Shown: positions 18,085 to 26,200 of the stretch, piece after piece
Numbering within the stretch: position 1 is the stretch's first letter
Layout: the number at the start of each line of letters is the position of its first letter
Assembly: GCA_041736305.1 (NCBI GenBank)
Contig: JBGSTX010000075.1
Location: 1-26,201 of the forward strand
Source of the DNA: Oligoflexus sp.
GTDB lineage: Bacteria > Bdellovibrionota_B > Oligoflexia > Oligoflexales > Oligoflexaceae
DNA: 26,201 bases
Reading direction: 5' to 3'
The notes under the pieces: generated by a model
Seen by the model: only the letters and a program-made list of their open reading frames with translations
Database searches by the model: none
Told to the model about the DNA's origin: nothing
Translations under genes and position numbers: made by a program

Positions 18085-18564
18085 ATGGGTATGAAGCGCT
18101 GCACCTTTCAGTGGATAGATGATAAGACCTTGAAAATTTCCGGGACTATCGACGAGTATTTTACCCTTGCCGATGAAGTAGGAAAGTTCAAGGGCGAAGT
18201 CTGTATAGACTTGGGTGAGATCGTACGCATCAACAGCTGCGGCGTCCGTGAGTGGATCAAGGTCATGTCGAAGATGAAGTCCAAGGTCCACTATCGCAAT
18301 TGCTCGTCAGTTATCGTCACCCAGTTTTCCATGATACCCGAATTTCTTGGCCACAAAGGCTATGTAGATTCCTTCGAAGCACAGTTCGTCTGCCCGAGCT
18401 GCGGTCACGAAGATAAGATGATTCTTGAAGTCGGCAAAGACATCAAGCCAGGTCTTCCCAGCTATAAAGAGAGCCCTGAAATGGAATGTACCGATTGCGG
18501 TGCAGCCATGGAGTGCGATCACAATCCCGAACTTTACTTTTCCTTTTTAAGCCTCGCTTCTTAA
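18085..18564 (+). CDS. STAS-like (anti-sigma antagonist-like) domain plus C-terminal zinc ribbon
   Basis: LKISGTIDE, IDLGEIVRINSCGVREW (STAS D-S-x-G loop equivalent), CPSC...CTDC. Confidence 0.82.
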   Translation: MGMKRCTFQWIDDKTLKISGTIDEYFTLADEVGKFKGEVCIDLGEIVRINSCGVREWIKVMSKMKSKVHYRNCSSVIVTQFSMIPEFLGHKGYVDSFEAQFVCPSCGHEDKMILEVGKDIKPGLPSYKESPEMECTDCGAAMECDHNPELYFSFLSLAS

Positions 18565-18589
18565 ACCCCAAAATCGATTGGGTAGGCAT

Positions 18590-18618
18590 GAAGGTCTCAA
18601 TGAGAGGACCTTCCTTTT
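18590..18618 (+). terminator. Putative intrinsic terminator between convergent genes
   Basis: GAAGGTC (18590-18596) / GACCTTC (18607-18613) stem followed by CTTTT. Confidence 0.5.
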
Positions 18619-18639
18619 GCTGTTTATTCCCGGAAAATT

Positions 18640-20781
18640 TCAGGAAGCATCGTCCATCACGAGACCACGATGGTAGTCCTTCACCAGGGTGCCGCGAGGC
18701 GTGAAGACGATTTTTTTAGTGAAGGCGCTATGAGCTTCGCTCAGCAAGATTTCAGTCTGATAGACTTTAATGAGGCAGAAGTCAGAACGAGACATCTCAC
18801 CTGCTTGGGTAAGGGCCCGCTCGATGGCGTGCAGCTGGGCGAGTTTCGTCTGTTCTTCGAGTTCACTGGGCGGATTTTCGGTCTTGAGTATGATAGGCAT
18901 GCCTGAGGCGACAGCAGATTTGATGCGCGTGCGAAGACTGCGAGACTTCTGCTGACGACCAAGGTTTTTGGTCTTTTCGGCCTCTAGTAAAGTTGTAAGA
19001 GCTTCATCTAATCGATTCGCTCGCGCATAGCCTAGACCAAGGTTGTAGAGCACGGCTGACCTGATTTCGGGAACGTCGGCCGGCAGAGACTCGAGGGTTT
19101 TGATATAAAGATCGAGGCCCTGTTCGAAATCGCCTACTCGCATGAGGGTCACAGCCCGGTTGTTCATAAACGAGAGAACTTCTTTGAAGGATTTGAGCTG
19201 CTGCATCAGCTTGCGGGCCATCTCCGAATGACCTCGCTTGATGGCGCCCTTGGCGGCAGTCTCATTGACTAGCGGCGCATCAGGATCGATTTCGCGCGCC
19301 TCCTCCAGCTTCTTTTCGAATTCGCGCTCGTCGCCAGCTTCAAGGTGGCACTCGGCGAGACTACAGAGATGCGTTATGTTCAGCGGACAAATGAAGCTTA
19401 CATTTTCCAGGCAACGAATAGCCGCCTCAAACTCGCGCAAAGCCATGAGCGAGCGGCCCAGAATCTCCATGCAGGAGCGGGCGTCCGCACCCTCGAGCAT
19501 CGCTTCGAGAGAGTGCTTTTTCGCATGGAGGTAGCAGCCGGCGTCATAGGCTATCTGCGCATCTACCAGCAAGAGATCGCATTTGAGTAAAGTCGGCAGC
19601 TGACTGTAGAGAGTCCGCAGACGCCTGATCTCTGGCATACTGCGGCGTTTCGATGCAAGGAGCAGCTTCTGCTTGACGGTAGTGACTTCGCTCGGATGCG
19701 TGGTCTGCTTGAGCGTCCAGATGATATCGTCGAAGAGATCTGTTTCCGAGAAGGGCTCCTGAACCAGCCGCGTAGCTCCCAGTTCAATCAGCATCGGCGT
19801 TTCGCGCTCGGCAATATTCTGATGGAGTATCATCAACGGTGTTTCAATGCCTAGGCGATGCCGTAGTTTATAGAGGAAGACGGGGCCTGGAAGGGTCGGC
19901 AGCTTCCAGTGGGAAATAATCAGGTTAGGTGGTGGATTGTTTTTGAGCCACTTTAGAGCGGCCAGCGGGTCGGCGAAGGAGCTGATCTGTTTGAATCCTA
20001 AGCGCCGCAGCATCTCCTGGAGTCGATGGGATGAGCGTGGTTGAGGGTCGAGCAAGAGGCAGCTGTGGAATCCAAAGTGTTCTGCTAGCAAGCCTTGCGC
20101 ATCGCCCGGCAGTATGGGAGTACCAAAATATTTTTCACTGATATTTTTTACCTGATCCTGGCGCGAGGGCGAGGTGATATGCACCTGGTGAAGAAGGGTT
20201 TTTCCCATCTTTTGATCACCGCTCAGTAGACTGACTTCCGCTAGGTCGAGCATATAGTCGTCGTCACCCGGATAGACCTGCAGCAAAGATGAAAATAGGC
20301 TCTTTAACTCGCGAAATTCGCTGATTTCATGAAGATAACGCGAAAGATACCTGGCTGCGACGCGGGTGAAATCACCTTTGACGGTCTGGAGCTGCATGAG
20401 GAGCGAACCTAGCTCGTCGTGGCAAGCTTCGCGCGTGCTAGGTATCGGGTGCCATGACAAAACCCCGTGGGCGAAGGCTTGAGGCAAAAGCTTGTCATTA
20501 CCATCCCTAAGAACAGATACTTTGATCCCGCGTAGCAGAGCCTGGTCTTGAATCAGCTCGAGCAGAGGCAGCAGCGAGGCTCCGGTATTGTCGAAAAGAG
20601 GTCCTATCACCCAGCCCACTTCTTCGGCTTCCAGCACTTCGAGGCATGCCTTGTAGTCGGTGACAGTGACGACTTGCGGATAACCCAGATCTTTCAATAC
20701 AGGTGAAATGAGCTGACGGATCGTCTGGCTTGAAGCGACGATAACGCAGCGCAGATTCTGATTGTGAAAGATATTAGGCAA
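18640..20781 (-). CDS. Protein with two degenerate receiver domains and TPR repeats
   Basis: N-terminal REC-like fold (CVIVASSQTIRQ...LKDLGY); second REC (LLLDP...LRRLGF...LIISHWKLP...GATRLVQEPFS); TPRs (ILGRSLMALREFEAA, NNRAVTLMRVGDFEQG, LYNLGLGYARANRLDEA). TTG start overlaps the upstream stop; RBS GAGGA. Confidence 0.85.
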   Translation of the reverse strand: MPNIFHNQNLRCVIVASSQTIRQLISPVLKDLGYPQVVTVTDYKACLEVLEAEEVGWVIGPLFDNTGASLLPLLELIQDQALLRGIKVSVLRDGNDKLLPQAFAHGVLSWHPIPSTREACHDELGSLLMQLQTVKGDFTRVAARYLSRYLHEISEFRELKSLFSSLLQVYPGDDDYMLDLAEVSLLSGDQKMGKTLLHQVHITSPSRQDQVKNISEKYFGTPILPGDAQGLLAEHFGFHSCLLLDPQPRSSHRLQEMLRRLGFKQISSFADPLAALKWLKNNPPPNLIISHWKLPTLPGPVFLYKLRHRLGIETPLMILHQNIAERETPMLIELGATRLVQEPFSETDLFDDIIWTLKQTTHPSEVTTVKQKLLLASKRRSMPEIRRLRTLYSQLPTLLKCDLLLVDAQIAYDAGCYLHAKKHSLEAMLEGADARSCMEILGRSLMALREFEAAIRCLENVSFICPLNITHLCSLAECHLEAGDEREFEKKLEEAREIDPDAPLVNETAAKGAIKRGHSEMARKLMQQLKSFKEVLSFMNNRAVTLMRVGDFEQGLDLYIKTLESLPADVPEIRSAVLYNLGLGYARANRLDEALTTLLEAEKTKNLGRQQKSRSLRTRIKSAVASGMPIILKTENPPSELEEQTKLAQLHAIERALTQAGEMSRSDFCLIKVYQTEILLSEAHSAFTKKIVFTPRGTLVKDYHRGLVMDDAS

Positions 20782-21436
20782 CTTGATCTTTCCTCTGATG
20801 CTGCAGGTGTTTTTTGATCGTTTCTATCATGATGGACGGCTTTATCGGTTTGACGAGCCAGGTGTCAACGGCCAGCCGCTTGCCTTCAGCTATGAGGTTG
20901 GGTTGAGAAAAAGCGGTCATAACTACTATGCGAGCTTCGCTAGCGACCTGGAGTCGGCGTAGAGTATTGATGAACTGCAGGCCGTTGAGCTTTGGCATCT
21001 TTAGATCTGTGACTATTACTTTGATGTCGGGATTGGCTAAGACTTTTTGAACAGCATCTTCGCCGTTTATGGCCATTACGACACGCAAACCAGCGGCTTC
21101 GAGATATTCCACCATGAGCCCTCTCAGTTCTTCTTCATCATCCGCCAAAAGGATCTTGGGGGCACCACTAGGAGAAGGTTTTAAATCTCCCGAGCTTGGT
21201 GTAGGTTTGGGGCCTGGCGCTTCGAGAAAGTTGGCGGGAATGCGGCCCGTTTCTACCAAGTGCCTGAGCTTATCAATGGCGAGCTGTTTGCCGGCTTTTG
21301 CAGCCATTTGCCAGTAGAAAGCGGCCTTTTGATAATTCTGTGGCCTGTCTACGCCGATTTCATGCAGAAATGCTGCCGAACATTGGGCTTCGACATCGCC
21401 ACTGAGAGCTTTGGATTCGATATCTGCATCAGTCAT
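20774..21436 (-). CDS. Sel1-like repeat plus receiver domain response regulator
   Basis: 'GDVEAQCSAAFLHEIGVDRPQNYQKAAFYWQMAAKAG' Sel1 repeat; Pro-rich linker; ILLADD, VTDLKMP, VMTA, LVKP intact. Confidence 0.9.
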   Translation of the reverse strand: MTDADIESKALSGDVEAQCSAAFLHEIGVDRPQNYQKAAFYWQMAAKAGKQLAIDKLRHLVETGRIPANFLEAPGPKPTPSSGDLKPSPSGAPKILLADDEEELRGLMVEYLEAAGLRVVMAINGEDAVQKVLANPDIKVIVTDLKMPKLNGLQFINTLRRLQVASEARIVVMTAFSQPNLIAEGKRLAVDTWLVKPIKPSIMIETIKKHLQHQRKDQVA

Positions 21437-21471
21437 GCTTGCGTCCTAAAATGGCCAGCGTTTCACAGGAT

Positions 21472-21498
21472 ATATCGGGTGATTCGGGACTATCTTGA
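21472..21498 (-). promoter_or_regulatory. sigma28 (FliA) promoter
   Basis: Minus strand TCAAG (21498-21494)-N14-CCCGATAT (21479-21472), 35 nt upstream of ATG 21436. Confidence 0.72.
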
Positions 21499-21651
21499 TG
21501 CAGAAAGCAGGGCGGTGGTTCTCCAACTGATCGACAAGGGTTGAAAACCGCTATGGTTTTACTCTTTTTGAGCCAAAAAAAAAGCGTTAGAACAATAAAC
21601 TCTAATTTTGTACAACTGGGTTGCAGACGTTAGACGAACAGGACTCATGAG

Positions 21652-22455
21652 GTGATGGCCATGCTCAATCCGCTGCAGACGCTGTCAAGATTGAAAGATT
21701 TATCCCATATTCCCTACACGGTAACTCTTGACGACGATCCGGTGATGGCCAAGATTATTGAAGAGACCCTTGGGATCAAGAATTTTGCGTTTTCAATGAG
21801 CGAGCCTTTGCTCGAATGTGCTCAGCACATGGCGCCCGTTGGCGCTTTTATTGACATCCATCTAAAAGGCGAATGCGGACTCGACATTGTTCCCAAGCTT
21901 CGAGCACTTTGGCCGATGACGGCCATTATCGTTATCAGTGGCGATGGATCTGACCAAAGCGTGGGGCAGGCCTTGGCTTCTGGCGCCGATGATTTTGTTC
22001 GGAAGCCTATCTCGCCGGCAGAAGTTGTCGCTCGCCTGCGGGCTCGCGTCGAGGATCTCAACGATAAAAACAGGCTTAATCTCTTGAAATTCGGCGATCT
22101 AAAAGTCGATCTGAAATACAAGGCCATCAGCGGCAGCAAAGGTCAGTTGATCCTCTCCGCCCGTGAAGTCGATCTGCTCGCCGAACTCATCCGAGCACAT
22201 GGGACGATCGTGCCTAAAGACGTTCTCAAGCGAGAGCTTTGGGGGTCGTTGGCGGTCAGCGACAATGCTCTCGATCGCAAGATTTTCGAGGTTCGCAAGG
22301 CCCTGCGCGAAGTCAGTGACAACGTCGAGCTGCATTCGATTTACGGTATTGGTATGGTTCTGCGGCTGAGGAATCAGGATGCTGAAAGAACTTTACTCAA
22401 CGATTTTGATGCCAAGCTACGCTCCTCAAAAAAAGCCAAGTCGACCAGTCTCTGA
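21652..22455 (+). CDS. OmpR/PhoB-family DNA-binding response regulator
   Basis: LDDD, FIDIHL, VISG, GADDFVRKP receiver; winged helix LSARE...LW...NALDRKIFEVRKAL...LHSIYGIG. Start is uncertain (21652, 21655 or 21661). Confidence 0.92.
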   Translation: MMAMLNPLQTLSRLKDLSHIPYTVTLDDDPVMAKIIEETLGIKNFAFSMSEPLLECAQHMAPVGAFIDIHLKGECGLDIVPKLRALWPMTAIIVISGDGSDQSVGQALASGADDFVRKPISPAEVVARLRARVEDLNDKNRLNLLKFGDLKVDLKYKAISGSKGQLILSAREVDLLAELIRAHGTIVPKDVLKRELWGSLAVSDNALDRKIFEVRKALREVSDNVELHSIYGIGMVLRLRNQDAERTLLNDFDAKLRSSKKAKSTSL

Positions 22456-22550
22456 AACGCCCCTTAGCCCATCGAAGATAAAAGCACTCAATAAGCTCGG
22501 TGCTCTGTCAATACTTAAGTATGCAGGGTGCGGGGCCGAGGCGCTTTATG

Positions 22551-22579
22551 AGTAATTTTAGGTAATTTCAAGACCTAAA
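22551..22579. promoter_or_regulatory. Tandem direct repeat with 10-bp period plus overlapping inverted repeat (candidate regulator site)
   Basis: AGTAATTTTA GGTAATTTCA (GTAATTT at 22552 and 22562); TTTAGGT/ACCTAAA inverted repeat at 22557-22579. Confidence 0.35.
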
Positions 22580-22700
22580 TGTAGGAACTTAAAGCAAATT
22601 TGTGGGATGAGCCCGAGCAAAGACATGGACAGGGCCTAGCAGTTTTTTTAAAAATTGGACCAGATGCCGGGACCATGGCTTTAGATCAAAGGGGACACCT

Positions 22701-23123
22701 ATGACACGTCTGGAAAGCTGTTGGAATTTCGCGCTATTTGGAGGGGGCAAGCCTCGTGCCCTGGCTTACTCCCAGGTAGCCGCTTCGTGCGGTTACAAAA
22801 TTCAGCATTTCGAGTCGATGCACGATTTAGATTATCTAGGAAGATTCCGAGAATTTGACGCCGCTATAGTTCACCAGACCCTACAGCCCCTATCAGGGCT
22901 TGAGCTAGCTGAGTATCTGGAAAAACTTTTTCAGTCCTTGCCTATGATTTTGCTTATAGAGCAAGAAGAGGAGATGGATAGGCTGCTGCCCCGCTTGCCG
23001 TCGAGCGTAATCGAATGTCTGCCAGCATGTCACTGTCCGCAGGAAGTATTTGAACGTGCACTTGCAGCTATCCAGACGAGAGCCACACCCTACCTGGCCG
23101 CCGTAAAGCCTTCACTCGCTTAA
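22701..23123 (+). CDS. Atypical (pseudo-)receiver domain protein
   Basis: RBS AAGGGG; 'FDAAIVHQTLQPLSGLELAEYL...LPMILL' matches the receiver beta3-alpha3-beta4 core, but the acidic pair, phospho-Asp and Lys are absent. Confidence 0.75.
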   Translation: MTRLESCWNFALFGGGKPRALAYSQVAASCGYKIQHFESMHDLDYLGRFREFDAAIVHQTLQPLSGLELAEYLEKLFQSLPMILLIEQEEEMDRLLPRLPSSVIECLPACHCPQEVFERALAAIQTRATPYLAAVKPSLA

Positions 23124-23167
23124 AGCAAGAACTAGGAAGGCCTTGAGCTATCAAGCGAGCTTCAGCT

Positions 23168-23431
23168 TCAACAGCCTTTCAGCTTTTTTGATTTGGTCTT
23201 GGTCTTTCCTCGGCCCGACCCTTCGGTCCCTGCTATTCTGATGTGAGCTTCGACGATAGCATCGCTGCTGCTGTGGAGGAGGAGCTGGTAGCCCGGCGAT
23301 GAGAGTGGACCAAGGAAAATGTCTCCTATCTCAACGGGACCACTGCCCTTCAGTCGAAATACGCTATAGGTGCCATCGATTACCCGCACGGCAATCACGT
23401 TTTCGTTCTTGAGTATGACGCGACCTTCCAT
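23168..23431 (-). CDS. Small hypothetical beta-rich protein (87 aa) with basic tail
   Basis: ATG 23431 after GAGAG; MEGRVILKNENVIAVRVIDGTYSVFRL...VEIGDIFLGPL has an OB-fold-like pattern. The ORF-track extension to 23587 runs through AT-rich intergenic DNA. Confidence 0.6.
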   Translation of the reverse strand: MEGRVILKNENVIAVRVIDGTYSVFRLKGSGPVEIGDIFLGPLSSPGYQLLLHSSSDAIVEAHIRIAGTEGSGRGKTKTKSKKLKGC

Positions 23432-23629
23432 GTTTCTCTCAAATAAATAGAGTCTAAAACAGCCTGTTATAGCTATCTGAAAATTAAGATCTCTGGCTTC
23501 TATGACCTTGCACAGGATCGTAGAGAAGGCCTCTCTGGAAAACAAGTTGAATAAAAAGAATCTTACTCGAATATATGATTGCCTCAATCTTTTTTAAAAG
23601 AGAGTGCAAATCGAGAGTCTGCTTTGGGT

Positions 23630-26200
23630 TCAGCTGTGAGAAAACTGCCGCTGAAAATAAACTATTTCCTCAGGTTCTGTAAAGAAAATCGCACCCTCAA
23701 CCTTAGATCCCTCATAAAGAAGCTGAACCCCTTGCACATAGACGGCCAGCTGCTGGTCATAACGTTTGCTGATAGCCAGTGCCCGCAGATCGCTCGCCAC
23801 CCCAGCTTCCTCAATGCTCTTATAGTCGATGACCAGCCAATGGTTCGGCGCCAACTCTAAAAGTAAGTCGATCGTGCCACGTACGAGCTGGTCACCCTGG
23901 AGAAACGCAATCGGAAGTTCGGCAAAACGCCGGAGTGATTGGCTCAGGAGCTTATTGAAAAGCAGGGAGCGATCGAGCTTCGCCCACTTTGTCTTCGCGA
24001 CTTCGAAAGCGGCAGAGTAAGGGTCCTGACTCTTATCTTTATCTTTATCTTTATCTTTATTTTTGTCCTGAACTTTGCGGCCGTGGGTCGGTTCGAGGGA
24101 GCGCCACGTAGCTTCCGGATCAAATTTTTCGCCTTTGACCTTGGCTTCGAATCCTCGGTGGAGAAAACTGCCAATTTCAGCAGCAAAAGCCTGGGCGATT
24201 AGTCCACTCGACCGATGCTTCTCACCGTCCTCAAGCAAGCGGGCCGGTGCTAGTATACGAACAGCTCCCAAAAGGGCGGGACCTGGACGCCAGGTACCTA
24301 GACACGCGAGCGGGGAAGACTCCTCCTTCGATTTCTCTGCTTCATTCTTCAGCTTTGTCGCATTCACTGCCAGACGCGTCTCGGGCTCCTCCTCCTTGAT
24401 AAGAAGGGTGAGACCAGCCAACTCTCGGGCGGTTGCACCCGCAGCGAGAGCGGAGCGGTGAAGGAGTTCGTAGAAACCAATCCCACGTTTCTTGCGCTGA
24501 TAGCCCGATATGAGGAGATGATACTGAGCGCGGGTTAACGCCACATAGAGGAGGCGCAGATTTTCCTGGTATGCAGCCTCGTGGAGGAGCAGCTCCAAGC
24601 TTTCGAAATGAGGATCCGCGGGCGGACGATCGCTGCGACGGCCCACATAGGCGACGCCTGGCCCTGCGGCGCTTGCTTTAATTTTTGCCCAGTAGGGGTC
24701 GGTCCTTTCCCATTCTTCACCGGTGCCGATCAGAACTACCAAGGGAAATTCGAGTCCTTTCGCCTTGTGAATCGTCATGAGCTGTACGGCATTTTCAGAA
24801 ACAGAAGCCAAGCGAACCGCGTGGCTAGCTGCCAATTCTTCGAGCTTTTCGAACAGCGGGAGCCAATCGCAAGCACCCTTACTTTCGAGGCTAGACACCG
24901 TTTCAAAGAAGCGATTGAGATTGGCAGCAGCCAACACTCCTTCTTCTGCTCCGAAGCTCAGGCGGTAAGCTTCTGTCCAAGAGCCTTCATCAGCGGCCAT
25001 GCGCAGGAGAGCCTGGGGCCTAAGCGTAGTGCGGAGCCGAAGCAGTCTCAGCACTCGCTCTGCCATCCCGGGATGATCGATAGCGAGACGTTCTATTATA
25101 GCTAAATGCCTCTCAAAGCGGCTGCCGTGCTGGCCTGATTCCTGGAACAAGCTGCGGAGCAGTGCACTGTCAGGAATGCGAAAGAGGGGGCTCTTTAAAA
25201 CATGGACCAGAGCCTCGGTGTGCGAGGGGAGACTCATCCAGCGACAGAAAGCCATCAAATCGCGGATTTCAAGGCGCTCGAAAAAACTATGTCCCTCCTC
25301 CATGCGAGCCGCCAGCCCAGCGCCGCGAAGAGCCTCAGCGTAGAGGTGCGCATGCGTCGAAGCCCTGTAAAGGATTGCGCAGTCGCCTGCTTCGAGTCGA
25401 CGATAGGCCTCTATTTCCTTGTCCCAGAGGGGGGGAGTATTGTCGTCCTCCAGCATGCGACGCAGCGTCTCGGCGACGAAGCGGGCCTCTTCCGCCAGAG
25501 GATCGGGTCCATGATCTTCGTTAAAAATAGGCCCTATCGTCAGCGATGCGGCTCCTTTGACACGGGCTTTGCCATCGCTGCCTGCAGCGGCGCTGTGGGG
25601 AGGGAAGTCGGCGATCTCCGCGGAGAAGACCTCATTAATGTAATCGAGAAGCATGGGAGCCGTTCGATAGCTCGCGCTAAGACTGATGTCGGCTGCCTCT
25701 CGAGAAACCATAAAATCGGCTGCTTCTCGGAGAATTTCAGCCTCCGCCTCGCGAAACCCATAAATCGACTGCTTGGCATCTCCGACGATGAAGAGAGAGG
25801 AAGGAACGCCATCGGGACCTCTCAGCCCCTCACCAGCCAGCATCTCGCTGGCCATCGAGCTGAACATACTCCACTGGAGTATGCTGGTATCTTGGAATTC
25901 ATCGAGGAGAAGATGCCGAATCGTTCGGTGGAGAAGGAAGCGGACGCCGGCTGCTTCGGGACGATTGAAGAGATGAAAACCACCTTTGATCAGGTCGCTA
26001 AAGGCCAGCCGACCCATTTCTTCTTTGCAGAGATTGCGCTGCTTTTCATAGATCAAATAAACCCGGAGCATGAAATCTCCCAGCTCGTTCAGCTGAGCCC
26101 TGGCTTTGTAGGAGCGAAGCAAGCAGGCGCGCTCATCGATACCAGCGATCTCAGCTTCCAAGCTGTCGCGTTTAGGTCGACGGAAAGTGCCTTTGTGGAT
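23630..26200 (-). CDS. addA: AddA/RecB-like UvrD-family helicase with C-terminal PD-(D/E)xK nuclease (5' end outside window)
   Basis: LLDEFQDT, VGDAKQSIYGFR, SYRT, AILYR, MTIHKAKGLEF, RLLYVALTRA, GTIDLL...VIDYKS; frame is open to the window edge. Confidence 0.88.
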   Translation of the reverse strand: MHKGTFRRPKRDSLEAEIAGIDERACLLRSYKARAQLNELGDFMLRVYLIYEKQRNLCKEEMGRLAFSDLIKGGFHLFNRPEAAGVRFLLHRTIRHLLLDEFQDTSILQWSMFSSMASEMLAGEGLRGPDGVPSSLFIVGDAKQSIYGFREAEAEILREAADFMVSREAADISLSASYRTAPMLLDYINEVFSAEIADFPPHSAAAGSDGKARVKGAASLTIGPIFNEDHGPDPLAEEARFVAETLRRMLEDDNTPPLWDKEIEAYRRLEAGDCAILYRASTHAHLYAEALRGAGLAARMEEGHSFFERLEIRDLMAFCRWMSLPSHTEALVHVLKSPLFRIPDSALLRSLFQESGQHGSRFERHLAIIERLAIDHPGMAERVLRLLRLRTTLRPQALLRMAADEGSWTEAYRLSFGAEEGVLAAANLNRFFETVSSLESKGACDWLPLFEKLEELAASHAVRLASVSENAVQLMTIHKAKGLEFPLVVLIGTGEEWERTDPYWAKIKASAAGPGVAYVGRRSDRPPADPHFESLELLLHEAAYQENLRLLYVALTRAQYHLLISGYQRKKRGIGFYELLHRSALAAGATARELAGLTLLIKEEEPETRLAVNATKLKNEAEKSKEESSPLACLGTWRPGPALLGAVRILAPARLLEDGEKHRSSGLIAQAFAAEIGSFLHRGFEAKVKGEKFDPEATWRSLEPTHGRKVQDKNKDKDKDKDKSQDPYSAAFEVAKTKWAKLDRSLLFNKLLSQSLRRFAELPIAFLQGDQLVRGTIDLLLELAPNHWLVIDYKSIEEAGVASDLRALAISKRYDQQLAVYVQGVQLLYEGSKVEGAIFFTEPEEIVYFQRQFSHS
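24033..24060. repeat. Hexamer tandem repeat (TTATCT)x4 plus TTAT within addA, encoding DKDKDKDK
   Basis: Read directly from the sequence; unit length preserves the frame. Confidence 0.9.

Noticed and set aside
20842..20868. ACCGATAA on the minus strand upstream of the TPR gene
   Set aside because: Inside coding sequence with no TCAAG/TAAAG at the proper spacing.
21568..21596. A9 tract in a possible TTGAGC-N17-AACAAT promoter spacer (phase variation)
   Set aside because: Weak -10 match, and A9 in AT-rich intergenic DNA is unremarkable.
23939..24202. ORFs with IFIFIF or KIKIKI runs
   Set aside because: Alternative-frame readings of the hexamer repeat in addA.
23630..26200. Helicase-nuclease as an anti-phage defence gene
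   Set aside because: Motifs and layout fit housekeeping AddA/RecB, and no defence partners are visible; the upstream context is outside the window.
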